Shown piece by piece: positions 1 to 10,084 of a DNA stretch of 64,000 nt; the stretch's first letter is position 1; each line of letters starts with the position of its first letter. The translations under genes and the position numbers were made by a program. A model generated the notes under the pieces. That model was not told where the DNA came from. It saw only the letters and a list, made by a program, of their open reading frames with translations, and did no database searches. The DNA is from Nitrospirota bacterium (GTDB lineage: Bacteria > Nitrospirota > Thermodesulfovibrionia > Thermodesulfovibrionales > SM23-35). The stretch is taken from NCBI GenBank assembly GCA_013388455.1, contig JACAFF010000040.1:65990-129989 (forward strand), in the 5' to 3' direction.

Positions 1-210
1 TTTTGTAATCAAAGAATTGATAAATTCCTCTTTATCCTGATAATATGGTGACCTGGTATCATAAAGTTTATTGAATTCATCATTTGAGATTATTCTTTCG
101 TTGATTTTTATTGCAGCGTCTTCTTTTGAAGCAGGTTTAACACTTAATTGATAGCCTATGATGACGGATAAAATGAGTGATATAATAATTATGTAATAAA
201 TATAACGCAT
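1..210 (-). CDS. Hypothetical membrane-anchored protein, N-terminal part only (gene runs off the window start)
   Basis: Minus-strand ATG at 210. Translation is MRYIYYIIIISLILSVIIGYQLSVKPASKEDAAIKINERIISNDEFNKLYDTRSPYYQDKEEF... with one N-terminal TM helix. Resemblance to SurA/PpiC-type chaperone N-termini is weak. Confidence 0.3.
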   Translation of the reverse strand, partial: MRYIYYIIIISLILSVIIGYQLSVKPASKEDAAIKINERIISNDEFNKLYDTRSPYYQDKEEFINSLITK

Positions 211-312
211 TTCATAACCTCCTTTGAAAAAGTATATCAGGGAGTCTGGAAAAAGTCATCTGGATATCTGGATATAATGCGTTGTATTAAAAAGCTTTTT
301 CTATATTTTTTC

Positions 313-340
313 TTGACAATTATTAAATTATATATATATT
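313..340 (+). promoter_or_regulatory. Putative sigma70-type promoter of the EPS operon
   Basis: TTGACA at 313-318, 16-nt AT-rich spacer, TATATT at 335-340, about 55 nt upstream of the start at 394. Motif match only. Confidence 0.3.
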
Positions 341-393
341 ATTTTAAGTAATTTATATGATATTTAGAAAAATGCTCAGGACCAACTAACTGA

Positions 394-2250
394 ATGAGCA
401 AAAAATACTTACTGTTACCAGTAATTATTTTTCTTCTCATACCACGTATTTTATATTCATTTGATTATTATGCCCTTGGCTGCAGACCTGCTGAAGAGGC
501 TAAAAAAAAGAAGCAAGCAATAACGGAAGAAACACCAGCACAAATCCCTCTGCAGCCAGCTGAAAAAGTTATACCCCCTACTCCTGATAAAACAAAAAAG
601 GTCTCTCGATGCGAAATCAAGAAATATAGACAAGCTGGTATTTTCAAGACAAGAAAGGAAGCTGAAAGGTATGCAGAAAAATTAAGAAAAAGCGGTTGCA
701 ATACGATTGTCCGAATTGGCTTCACAAAAAGTAAAAAAAAGATATACAGGGTTTACGCAAAAAAATCTGTTTCTAAAACGAAAATGGTAATTTCATCTGC
801 AAAACCACCTGTCGCAAAGGAAACCACAGTTTCTAATGTTCCTGTAAAAGAGGAAAGTCATCCCAGAGATATTGCCCCAACAGAAACAGTTTCGAAATAT
901 GTCAGTTCAGTAGAAACTCCCGAAAAGGAATCAGTTTCCATAGCAACGCTTCCTGCTGAACAGGAAAAGACCGTTCAACCGATTAAGCCAAAAGATGAAA
1001 CACAATATAAGACCGTAGCAGAGAAGAAACCTCTTGAAGAAATGCCCATTGGAAGGGAAAAACCTTCATGGGATATCTTTGGCAGAAGAAGCGGCTATTT
1101 ACATCCTTTTATTTCCATCACTGAATACTATACAGACAATGTCTTTAATACAAATGATGCTGAAGAAAACGATTTTGTGACCATAATTTCTCCAGGGATA
1201 TGGATATCAATACCTCATATTTATGACAAGTTACTAAAGATAGAGACCTCTAATATATCACCTGGTGGCTATACACTTAGTAGGTATAAACCAGAGTATT
1301 TCAGGCGTTATCAAACATATATTTTTTATAATGCGGATATCGAGGAATTTTCAGAGTTCACTGATGAAGACACTGTAAATCACAGGTTTGAGGGATTTTT
1401 TCAATATAATTTAAAGGGTGGTCTTTCTTTCGAGGTTGTTGATCAGTATTTAGATTCACACGATGTTAGAGGCACGGGTATTTCTCAGGAACTGGATACA
1501 TTCAAGACAAATCTATTCCATGGAATAGGGGTATATGATATAAGTGAAAGATTCAGGCTGCGATTTGATTATTCTCTTTTCTCTGTCAACTATGATGAAG
1601 AAAGAAATGATTTTAGAGATCGTAACGACAACTCCATCTATGGATATGTTTTCTATAAATTTCAACCTAAAACAGCACTATTTATAGAATATGAATATCT
1701 TGATATTGATTATAAAAAAGAACAGACGTCAAGCAGTATAGAACAACACTATTTTGCAGGTATCCAATGGGATGCAACTGCTAAATCAAAGGGAAGTATA
1801 AAGGTTGGATATGGTGTAAAAGAATTTTCGTTTGATAACGAAGAAGATAGTGACTTTATTCTTGAAATTCAGATTGATTACAAATTCACTCCCAAGACTT
1901 CCCTCCTTCTTCGGGCATTGAGAAGAACAACCGAAACGAATATTGCAACAACGGATTTTATTCTTTCTAATACATTTGAAGCTGAATATATTCAAAAGGT
2001 TACAGGAAAAATTACAGCTGATATAAAACTTGTTTATGAAAATGACAATTACAACGGGCTTTTGACTTTTGCAGGTGAAACAAAAGAAAGAGAAGATAAT
2101 TATTTTTCGGGAATGTTTTCAATTCAATATGATTTCAGGGAATGGCTGAAAACCGCTATCGGATTTATTCATACAAGAAGGGATTCAAATTTCTCTTCTT
2201 TCGATTATAAGACCAATTCAATTTTTTTCAGAATCACAGCTGCCTTATAA
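394..2250 (+). CDS. Putative outer-membrane beta-barrel protein of the EPS locus with N-terminal SPOR-like segment
   Basis: Signal-like N-terminus. SPOR-like stretch YRQAGIFKTRKEAERYAEKLRKSGCNTIVRIGF...IYRVYAKK. P/E/K/T-rich linker. C-terminal ~400 aa have alternating aromatic/polar beta-strand periodicity (YGYVFYKF, ALFIEYEY, SIFFRITAAL). First gene of the Wza/Wzc operon. Confidence 0.5.
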   Translation: MSKKYLLLPVIIFLLIPRILYSFDYYALGCRPAEEAKKKKQAITEETPAQIPLQPAEKVIPPTPDKTKKVSRCEIKKYRQAGIFKTRKEAERYAEKLRKSGCNTIVRIGFTKSKKKIYRVYAKKSVSKTKMVISSAKPPVAKETTVSNVPVKEESHPRDIAPTETVSKYVSSVETPEKESVSIATLPAEQEKTVQPIKPKDETQYKTVAEKKPLEEMPIGREKPSWDIFGRRSGYLHPFISITEYYTDNVFNTNDAEENDFVTIISPGIWISIPHIYDKLLKIETSNISPGGYTLSRYKPEYFRRYQTYIFYNADIEEFSEFTDEDTVNHRFEGFFQYNLKGGLSFEVVDQYLDSHDVRGTGISQELDTFKTNLFHGIGVYDISERFRLRFDYSLFSVNYDEERNDFRDRNDNSIYGYVFYKFQPKTALFIEYEYLDIDYKKEQTSSSIEQHYFAGIQWDATAKSKGSIKVGYGVKEFSFDNEEDSDFILEIQIDYKFTPKTSLLLRALRRTTETNIATTDFILSNTFEAEYIQKVTGKITADIKLVYENDNYNGLLTFAGETKEREDNYFSGMFSIQYDFREWLKTAIGFIHTRRDSNFSSFDYKTNSIFFRITAAL

Positions 2251-2345
2251 CCTAACAGCATCCGGGTTACCTTTCGTATATATAAATTTCAATTTGATTT
2301 TTTTTATTCTATAATATAAGTTGATGGTCACAATAGAGCGATAAG

Positions 2346-3146
2346 ATGAAAAAATATCACTTTGTGATAATCTTTATGGGTGTTCTCATTTTATCAAATC
2401 CCTTTCATTCGTATTGTCAGGATTATATTATAGGTGAAGGAGATGTCCTCAAAATAACCGTTTATGACCATGATGATCTGACAACTGTAACACGGGTAAG
2501 TGGTGAAGGAACAATTATATTTCCATTAATTGGTAAAATTGAGGTCAAAGGCTTAACTCTCATCCAGATAGCTGAAAAAATATCAAAACTTCTTGCAGAT
2601 GGATATATCATAAATCCACAGGTTAATATTTTTATCCAGGAATTCAGAAGTAAAAAGGCATTTATTATGGGAGAAGTCAACAAACCCGGGCTTTATGTCC
2701 TTCCTGGACAAACCACATTTCTTGCGCTACTATCTGAGGCAGGTGGATTGACAAAAGATGCGGGTGATAAGGCTATTATAAAAAGAAAAACAAATCCCGA
2801 CAGTTCAGCTGAAAATATTATCACAGTTGATCTAAAAATGCTTATAGAAAAAGGAGATACTTCGCTCGATATCCCCATCATGGACTCCGATAGTGTATAC
2901 ATTACAAAGGCCGGGGTTTTTTATGTGACAGGTGAGGTAAAAAAACCTGATGCATACAAGTTCGAGGAAGATACAACTGTTATAAAAGCAATAACTATGG
3001 CAGGTGGATTTACCGATAAAGCTTCAAAAAGTAGGGTGAAGATTATCCGAAAATCAGAAGGGAAGGAAAAGGTAATAGAAAAGGCGAGTATGGATGAACC
3101 TGTTTTACCCGATGACGTGATAGTAGTTCCAGAGAGTTTCTTTTAA
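2346..3146 (+). CDS. Polysaccharide export protein (Wza-like, Poly_export + SLBB)
   Basis: Signal peptide. YIIGEGDVLKITVYDHDDL...GEGTIIFPLIGKIEVKGLTLIQIAEKI...NPQVNIFI is the canonical Poly_export pattern, followed by an SLBB-like repeat. Confidence 0.85.
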   Translation: MKKYHFVIIFMGVLILSNPFHSYCQDYIIGEGDVLKITVYDHDDLTTVTRVSGEGTIIFPLIGKIEVKGLTLIQIAEKISKLLADGYIINPQVNIFIQEFRSKKAFIMGEVNKPGLYVLPGQTTFLALLSEAGGLTKDAGDKAIIKRKTNPDSSAENIITVDLKMLIEKGDTSLDIPIMDSDSVYITKAGVFYVTGEVKKPDAYKFEEDTTVIKAITMAGGFTDKASKSRVKIIRKSEGKEKVIEKASMDEPVLPDDVIVVPESFF

Positions 3147-3148
3147 TA

Positions 3149-5257
3149 ATGGAAGAAAAAGAGATTCATTTAAGAGATTATCTGAAAGTTATTTATAAGA
3201 GAAGGTATACTGTTTATACCTTTTTCATCATAGTATGTGTTGTTGTAATCATTGGTACTCTGTCATCTACTCCGCTTTATAAAGCAACTACAAAAGTTCT
3301 TATTGAAAAAGTTGAGCCTTATAATCTATCAATGATGTATCCATATTATATGCCTTATGATCCAGAGTTCTATGAAACCCAGTACCAATTAATAAAAAGT
3401 AAGTCTGTAGCTGAAAAAGTAGTCAAGATGCTTTCACTCGAAAATACTTATGAGAAGTATTTCAAGGATGCAAAGAAAATATTTTCTGATGATCAAAAAA
3501 CTTCAAGGACAGAAATTTTAACCAATATAATAAGCAGTGGAATCATTGTTACTCCTGTAAAGAACAGTAAGATAGTAAATATCAGCTTCCTGTCAACGAA
3601 TCCTGATTTTGCTGAAATTGTTGCTAATACAGTTGCACAGGCATATATTGATGAGATTCTCGAGATGCGGATGAATGCTTCTCGATACTCTCTGGAATGG
3701 ATGACCAAGAAGGCAGAGGAGGAAAAAATAAAGCTCGAAAAATCGGAGCAAGCTTTACAGGATTATATGAAGGCAAACAATATTGTTACCCTACAGGATA
3801 AGATTGCTATAACTCCTGAGAAACTTTCAGAATTTAATGCCCAATTAATCAAGGCAGAGACAAAAAGAAAAGAAATAGAATCGCTTTATTATAAAGTAAT
3901 GAATTTATCACCTGATTTAAAAGATGCTGAAACAATACCTGCAATCGCATCTGACAATACAATTCAGTCACTGCGCAGTCAGATTCTGAAGGCAGAACAG
4001 AATATTGAAGACCTTTCAAAAAAATATGGACAAAAGCATCCTTCCATGATACGGGCACAAGAAGAATTAAAAATACTTGAGCAAAAGAAGGAACAGGAGA
4101 TTAAAAGGGTCATAGGCACTATAAAAAATGAATACGAATTAGCCAGGGCAAACGAGGCAAATCTTCAAAGAATGCTTTCAAATACAAAAGCTGAAGCCCT
4201 TGATCTCAACGAAAAGTTTATAAGGTATGGAGTCCTGACAAGAGAGGTTGAGACAAACAGACAGCTCTATGATGCACTCATTAAAAGAATTAAAGAGCAG
4301 AGTGTTACCGAAGAGATACGAGATGTTAATGTGTGGGTTGTTGAAAAGGGAGAGAAACCTGTAACTCCTGTAAAACCGAGAAAAACTCTCAATATACTTT
4401 TAGGAATACTGGTAGGTCTTTTCGGTGGTGTTGGAATAGCATTCTTTTTTGAGTATCTTGATAATACCATCAAAACACCTGAAGATGTTGAAGCAAAATT
4501 GGGGGTCCCAGTTCTTGGCACAATCCCTCTCTTAGGAGAAAAAGATGATAATATTACAGACATAATCCTGAAAGAACCCCAATCAATTTATGCAGAGAGT
4601 TATAAAACTATCCGCACATCCATTTTTCTTTCGTCTTCTGATAAACCACCGCAAAATATACTGATCGTCAGCACAGGGCCAGAGGAAGGGAAGACCGTCA
4701 CATCTGTGAACCTTGCGGTAACTATTGCAAGGTCTGGACATTCTGTTTTACTCGTTGATGCTGATTTAAGAAAACCTCGCATCCATTCAATCTTTGGATT
4801 AAATAATTTAAGTGGATTGAGTACTTATCTTGCAGGAGCTACCCCTGACATAAATACTTTATACAAGAGACCTCTTTCAAATTTTTGTGTTATCTCTTCA
4901 GGTCCGATTCCGCCAAATCCTTCCGAACTCCTTGGTTCTAAAAGAATGCAAGATTTTATAAGAATTGTAAATACAGAATTCGAAGTCATCATCTGGGATT
5001 CACCACCTCTAATGACTGTCTCAGACACTCTTATTTTAAGCAGGATCACCGATGGAACTATAATTGTAGCAAGAGCTGGCAAGACAACCTACGATATTGT
5101 GAGAAAAGGGTTAAATTTACTTCAGGGAAGACGGGAAAATGATATTCACTCTCATGTGCTCGGGATTGTTATCAATGCATTTGATATTAAAAAGGCTGAT
5201 TATTATCATAAGCTTTATAACTACTACACATCAGATAAAAAAGAAATAAATGTATAA
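3149..5257 (+). CDS. Wzc-like polysaccharide co-polymerase (Wzz domain) fused to BY-type tyrosine autokinase
   Basis: N-terminal TM plus a long coiled-coil periplasmic domain and a second TM. Walker A STGPEEGKT, A' LLVDADLRKP, B VIIWDSPP. Tyr-rich tail ADYYHKLYNYYTS. Confidence 0.9.
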   Translation: MEEKEIHLRDYLKVIYKRRYTVYTFFIIVCVVVIIGTLSSTPLYKATTKVLIEKVEPYNLSMMYPYYMPYDPEFYETQYQLIKSKSVAEKVVKMLSLENTYEKYFKDAKKIFSDDQKTSRTEILTNIISSGIIVTPVKNSKIVNISFLSTNPDFAEIVANTVAQAYIDEILEMRMNASRYSLEWMTKKAEEEKIKLEKSEQALQDYMKANNIVTLQDKIAITPEKLSEFNAQLIKAETKRKEIESLYYKVMNLSPDLKDAETIPAIASDNTIQSLRSQILKAEQNIEDLSKKYGQKHPSMIRAQEELKILEQKKEQEIKRVIGTIKNEYELARANEANLQRMLSNTKAEALDLNEKFIRYGVLTREVETNRQLYDALIKRIKEQSVTEEIRDVNVWVVEKGEKPVTPVKPRKTLNILLGILVGLFGGVGIAFFFEYLDNTIKTPEDVEAKLGVPVLGTIPLLGEKDDNITDIILKEPQSIYAESYKTIRTSIFLSSSDKPPQNILIVSTGPEEGKTVTSVNLAVTIARSGHSVLLVDADLRKPRIHSIFGLNNLSGLSTYLAGATPDINTLYKRPLSNFCVISSGPIPPNPSELLGSKRMQDFIRIVNTEFEVIIWDSPPLMTVSDTLILSRITDGTIIVARAGKTTYDIVRKGLNLLQGRRENDIHSHVLGIVINAFDIKKADYYHKLYNYYTSDKKEINV

Positions 5258-5302
5258 TCAAAAACAAATGTCTATTAATAGATAAAAGATTCAGTTTATT
5301 TA

Positions 5303-7669
5303 ATGAATATAGATAGACTTGAATCAGTCATTTTTCATATCTATCTTTTCCTCATAATTTTTTCTCCCATTGCTTTTGGAACTGTAGAGCCCTGGTCATT
5401 GGGGATAATGGTTTCTTTAACCATCCTTGCACTGATTTTACATCTTTATAGATGTAAGATAGAAAATAACAGATTTCTCTATAGTATACCCGGCATAATA
5501 CCTTTGATAATATTTTTAGCCTATATTTTTTTTCAGGTTATACCTTTGCCTTCTGACATTATAAGATTCATCTCCCCTGAAACCTATAATATCTACAAAG
5601 ATACAGTCTTTGCATACAATCCTGACACATGGATCTCCTTTTCTATCAATAAAAAATCCACTTTAATGGAATTTTTCCGAATCTTATCATATGCATCTTT
5701 CTATATTCTCAGTATTCAGCTCCTTTCAAAAAAAGAAACATTAAGAAAAACAGTCTCTATAGTAATTATTTTTATCTCAGTGCTCTCTTTCTTTGCTATA
5801 CTTCAGCACCTTATTTCAAATGAAAAAATCTTTTGGTTCCGGAAATTGACACAGGGTGGAACTCCCTTTGGCCCATATGTAAACCGAAATCATTATGCAG
5901 GACTTATGGAAATGATATTTCCAATAGTTGTCAGCATGTTACTTTTTTATAAACCATATATACCTGAAAAATCATTTCGCGAGAAAATCAATGAGATATT
6001 CAGTTTGCAGAAAACAAACATATATATGCTATTAGGTTTTTCTTCGATCCTTATCGCTACATCCATTTTTTTGACTCTTTCAAGAAGTGGAATCGTAAGC
6101 CTCTGCTTGTCAATGATATTCTTTGGCTTATTATTTATTTCAAAGGGTGTTAGCAGACGGAGAGCAATTATAATAATCATCCTCTCCATTCTTATCATTC
6201 TTTCAGTTGGATGGTTCGGATGGGAACCGATATTCGAGAGATTCGAGAAGATTCGAAACCAGCAGGGTAATATAGCAGATCTCAGATTAAAAATCTGGGA
6301 AGATAGCAGAAACATTATAAGAGATTTCCCCATAACAGGAACAGGTTTAGGAAGCTTTATCTCTATTTATCAGAAATATCGAACAATACCAGGGGATAAA
6401 ATTGTTGATCATGCTCATAATGATTATGTAGAAATTTTTGCTGATGGGGGATTGATAGCAGTCTTATTATGTTTCTGGTTTCTTGTCATCATTTTCTATA
6501 AATCATATAGAGTTTTCCGGAGAAGACGTGAAGTCTACTCAATATACCTATTTATCGGTAGTATTTCAGGAATCATTGCCCTGCTGATGCATAGTGTTAC
6601 AGATTTTAATCTCTATATCGGGGCAAATGGGTTATACTTTTTCCTCCTGTGCAGCTTTGTTATATCAGCAGGTCATACCAGATTGAGAGAGGGATTTAAT
6701 AGCACATATCTGAAAAAAATAAGGATACCACCGAATTTCTTAATTATAGCATTGGGTGTTGTTCTCGTTGCGAGTTTTCTCTTTTATGCTGGAACAATTA
6801 TTGGAAAATATTATTTTTCATCAATAGAAAAAGAGAATTTACAAAATGAAAAATCAATTGAGAATCTCCAACAAATGAGCAAAAAAGCTTATAAAGCATC
6901 ATTTTTTGACCCTCTAAATAGTAGATATCATTATGCTATCGCTAATATAGAAAAACTTTTAAAAAATAATCCTGCTGCAATGCACCATTATAGCATCTCA
7001 GTAAAATTAAATCCTGTCAATGGTGAATTCCTGCAGAGATATGGACTTCTTCTCTCAGAAATCAATATGTCTGCTGCTGAAACACTTCTTCGTTCAGGAA
7101 TCAAGTATGAAGCTTATAATCCAGATAGGCAAAAAAGATACGCAGTATGGCTCCTGTCAACTGGACGAAAACAAGACGGAATGAAAATTATTAAAAAGGC
7201 CTTATCTATGGAACCAGAAAAAACGAGGGAATATATAACTCTTCTGATACTTCATGGACTAAATGATAATGAAATATTTAATATACTACCAGATAAAGTT
7301 GAACCGAATCTTATGTTTGCAGACTATCTTTATAAAACAGGCAAGCAAGATGCTGCTGAGAAAGCATATCTTCATTCCATCGAATTAATAAAAAAACAAG
7401 ACAATATTAAATCTTCATATTTCTATCCAGTTTATAACTACTATATAAAATCAGGACGTTATGAAGATGCTCTAAAAATCTTAAACATTGCGGTAGAAGA
7501 ACTGCCCCATGATATTCGGCTGAAGATAGCAAAAGGCGATGTATTAGAAAAGATCGGTCTCTTCGACAGAGCAATTGAAGAATATAAAAAGGCTTTAGAT
7601 ATTAGTCCTGAAAACAAGGAAGCCCAAAAAAAACTAAAAAATATTTTATCAAGGGAGCAAAAAAATTGA
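5303..7669 (+). CDS. O-antigen ligase/polymerase-like (Wzy_C) membrane protein with C-terminal TPR repeats
   Basis: About 10 TM helices, the HAHNDYVEIFADGGLIA motif typical of Wzy_C/O-antigen ligase family, and a C-terminal ~300 aa of TPR-like repeats. Confidence 0.75.
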   Translation: MNIDRLESVIFHIYLFLIIFSPIAFGTVEPWSLGIMVSLTILALILHLYRCKIENNRFLYSIPGIIPLIIFLAYIFFQVIPLPSDIIRFISPETYNIYKDTVFAYNPDTWISFSINKKSTLMEFFRILSYASFYILSIQLLSKKETLRKTVSIVIIFISVLSFFAILQHLISNEKIFWFRKLTQGGTPFGPYVNRNHYAGLMEMIFPIVVSMLLFYKPYIPEKSFREKINEIFSLQKTNIYMLLGFSSILIATSIFLTLSRSGIVSLCLSMIFFGLLFISKGVSRRRAIIIIILSILIILSVGWFGWEPIFERFEKIRNQQGNIADLRLKIWEDSRNIIRDFPITGTGLGSFISIYQKYRTIPGDKIVDHAHNDYVEIFADGGLIAVLLCFWFLVIIFYKSYRVFRRRREVYSIYLFIGSISGIIALLMHSVTDFNLYIGANGLYFFLLCSFVISAGHTRLREGFNSTYLKKIRIPPNFLIIALGVVLVASFLFYAGTIIGKYYFSSIEKENLQNEKSIENLQQMSKKAYKASFFDPLNSRYHYAIANIEKLLKNNPAAMHHYSISVKLNPVNGEFLQRYGLLLSEINMSAAETLLRSGIKYEAYNPDRQKRYAVWLLSTGRKQDGMKIIKKALSMEPEKTREYITLLILHGLNDNEIFNILPDKVEPNLMFADYLYKTGKQDAAEKAYLHSIELIKKQDNIKSSYFYPVYNYYIKSGRYEDALKILNIAVEELPHDIRLKIAKGDVLEKIGLFDRAIEEYKKALDISPENKEAQKKLKNILSREQKN

Positions 7670-7731
7670 AATTGTTTGTTCTTTTCATTTAAATTTATAA
7701 ATAATGAACCTCAATGGAGGAGTAAATTATC

Positions 7732-8343
7732 ATGGCTGAACTTGGAAAAATAGAAAAACCTTCTGCAGAGAGTTTCTTAAACAAGCGAAAACTTTATTGT
7801 GTTGCAAATATATATTCTATTGAAGATGCTCCTGATGAATTCAAAACATTAGTTAATAAATACTGGGATGAAGTTATTCAACAGATTGATAAAATGGAGT
7901 CAGCAGGAAAGATAAAAAAAATATTCTGTGAAATTATCTATCAAAATGGAGAAGAGGCACTGAATATACTTTCAAAGATTAATGAACGCATTCCGACGTT
8001 TATTAAAAAGAAACTTGAAGAAGGAAGTACCCTATTACCATTGGAAAAAAAAGAAATTTTTGGACCTTATACAGACTGGGGTAATTGCCTCAGGGTTGTG
8101 ATAACACATGAGGTATTCAAGCAGGTCTTTGAGTTTTATACTGAGTTCTCAGAGAAAAGACTTCAACATATTTTAAATGTTATAGATACAAACCTCTCAG
8201 AAACAGATGCAGGACTTCTCATTATGAAAGATGATGACAGGGCTAAACTTCAATTTCCAAAAGATATAGAGGTATTTTTAATAACACCCCCATCTTATGA
8301 TGATATCATAAGGTGGTTAAGAGATAGTTTCCTGAAGAAATAA
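7732..8343 (+). CDS. Hypothetical cytoplasmic protein (203 aa)
   Basis: Clean ORF with a GGAGG RBS just upstream. No motif I recognise. Confidence 0.5.
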   Translation: MAELGKIEKPSAESFLNKRKLYCVANIYSIEDAPDEFKTLVNKYWDEVIQQIDKMESAGKIKKIFCEIIYQNGEEALNILSKINERIPTFIKKKLEEGSTLLPLEKKEIFGPYTDWGNCLRVVITHEVFKQVFEFYTEFSEKRLQHILNVIDTNLSETDAGLLIMKDDDRAKLQFPKDIEVFLITPPSYDDIIRWLRDSFLKK

Positions 8344-8417
8344 TCTGCATTATTCTAATTGCATTTTTCGGGTTAAATACTATGTCCTATCTATAAAAAA
8401 TATTATGTAGGTGAAGA

Positions 8418-9185
8418 ATGAAGATTAGGGTTATTGGCTGTTCAGGTTCTGAGTTCCCGGGGCATAATACCCCTGCTTTTCTTCTTAACAGCGAGATTTT
8501 GCTTGATGCTGGAAGTTTTACGTCTGTTCTTAATGAAAGAGAACAGATGAAAATAAAGCATGTCTTTATTACACATGCTCACTTTGACCACATACGTGGT
8601 ATTCCTTTTTTTACTGATAACATAATCGTCGGTAAAAAGAAACGCAACATTACGATATACAGCATCCAGCCTGTCATCAAAATAATCAAAAGACATCTCT
8701 TTAACAGCGCTGTATGGCCTGATTTTACATTGATTCCTGATTCTGACAACGCGATTTTAAACTTCATGAAGATGAAAACAGGTAAATCTCTGGAGATTAA
8801 CAGTTATAAAATAACCCCCTACAAGGTTAAACATGCTGTTCCTGCAGTTGGATATCTTGTCGAAGATAGAAGAGGAAAATGTTTGTTTTATACTGGAGAT
8901 ACTGGACCAACAAGTGATACATGGCGCAAGCTTGGAACAAGGAAAATACATTGTCTTATCATAGATGTCTCCTTCCCTGATAGCATGCAGAAAATTGCAC
9001 TCACAACAGGACATCTTACTCCAAGCCTATTAAATAAAGAACTATTCAAATTCCGAAATAAACCAGAAAAGATATGCATCACCCATATAAAACCTCAATA
9101 TTACAGTGTCATAAAAAGAGAACTCGAAACCTTACGAATAAAAAATCTTAAAATCTTGCATGAAGGAGAAACTCTTATTTTATAG
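8418..9185 (+). CDS. MBL-fold metallo-hydrolase, class II 3',5'-cyclic-nucleotide phosphodiesterase-like
   Basis: HAHFDH (HxHxDH) metal motif. The N-terminus MKIRVIGCSGSE...AFLLN..ILLDAGS resembles the cAMP-PDE class II / MBL family. Confidence 0.6.
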   Translation: MKIRVIGCSGSEFPGHNTPAFLLNSEILLDAGSFTSVLNEREQMKIKHVFITHAHFDHIRGIPFFTDNIIVGKKKRNITIYSIQPVIKIIKRHLFNSAVWPDFTLIPDSDNAILNFMKMKTGKSLEINSYKITPYKVKHAVPAVGYLVEDRRGKCLFYTGDTGPTSDTWRKLGTRKIHCLIIDVSFPDSMQKIALTTGHLTPSLLNKELFKFRNKPEKICITHIKPQYYSVIKRELETLRIKNLKILHEGETLIL

Positions 9186-9193
9186 TGTTTATG

Positions 9194-9517
9194 TTACTCA
9201 GAAGTGTTTTCTTTTATTCTATCAATTAATTTCTTAATCAGCATTTTCTGTTGTTCATTCAGATCTATAAACATAATGCCCATCCCAATTCCTGGCTGAC
9301 AGTATTGAACTTTTGCTTTTACTGTTATATTCTGTTCCCCAAAGGGTATAGTAATTTCAATAACATTCCCTTTTTCAAAAATCTGCATTGCAGAAACATA
9401 CAGACCACCTTCACTAATATCCATGGTTGTACAATGCTTTGAGCCATCTATAATAATATCTTCATGGAAAGCATATCTTTTATATCTTCTGCGCTCTACT
9501 TCATTCTGGATAAGCAT
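9194..9517 (-). CDS. PilZ domain protein (c-di-GMP receptor)
   Basis: RRRYKR (RxxxR) and DISEGG (DxSxxG) motifs at canonical spacing; 107 aa. Confidence 0.8.
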   Translation of the reverse strand: MLIQNEVERRRYKRYAFHEDIIIDGSKHCTTMDISEGGLYVSAMQIFEKGNVIEITIPFGEQNITVKAKVQYCQPGIGMGIMFIDLNEQQKMLIKKLIDRIKENTSE

Positions 9518-9716
9518 AATTATCCCTTAAAAATATTTTGAATTCCGAATTGAGAATATTTATTTTTTGCATACAAAATAACAATATACGATTGTTTTAA
9601 CTTAATTAATTATACTTTCATTTTAAAATCTTTGCCATACTGAACTTGATTCAGAATCTCTATCGGCAATTTTGTGTTAATATTAAAAACAATTGCATTT
9701 TGTAGAAACATAGAGG

Positions 9717-10064
9717 ATGGTTTTGGGAATCAGACATCGAAAAATTAGAAAACCTAAACCCAAAAAGCCGGAGATTGACAAATCAGTTGCTGAGATTGTT
9801 CGTGAATTAAAAGCAGATTCATCTGCTTCCTTAAACTACAGGGAACAATCTCTGAAAATTCACGGGCTTGTCTGCGCAAAATGCGGAAGGGAATTCAATT
9901 TCAAAAACAGGCATCTCCTTACAGTGCATCATAAAGACGGTAACAGTCAGAACAATCCTGCCGACGGCTCCAACTGGGAAAATCTCTGTGTTTATTGCCA
10001 TGAAGACGAACACAGCAGAGGGCTCCTTGGGGATTATCTGACAGGAAAGAGCGAGGCACATTGA
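9717..10064 (+). CDS. yajD: YajD-family HNH nuclease
   Basis: 115 aa. YREQSLKIHGLVCAKCGREF...LTVHHKDGN..NNPADGSNWENLCVYCHEDEH closely matches E. coli YajD in length and motifs. Confidence 0.8.
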   Translation: MVLGIRHRKIRKPKPKKPEIDKSVAEIVRELKADSSASLNYREQSLKIHGLVCAKCGREFNFKNRHLLTVHHKDGNSQNNPADGSNWENLCVYCHEDEHSRGLLGDYLTGKSEAH

Positions 10065-10084
10065 ACAGAAGCAATAAATTTAAC

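Noticed and set aside
5947-6333. 128-aa minus-strand ORF inside the Wzy_C/TPR gene
   Set aside because: It is a shadow ORF in an AT-rich membrane-protein gene.
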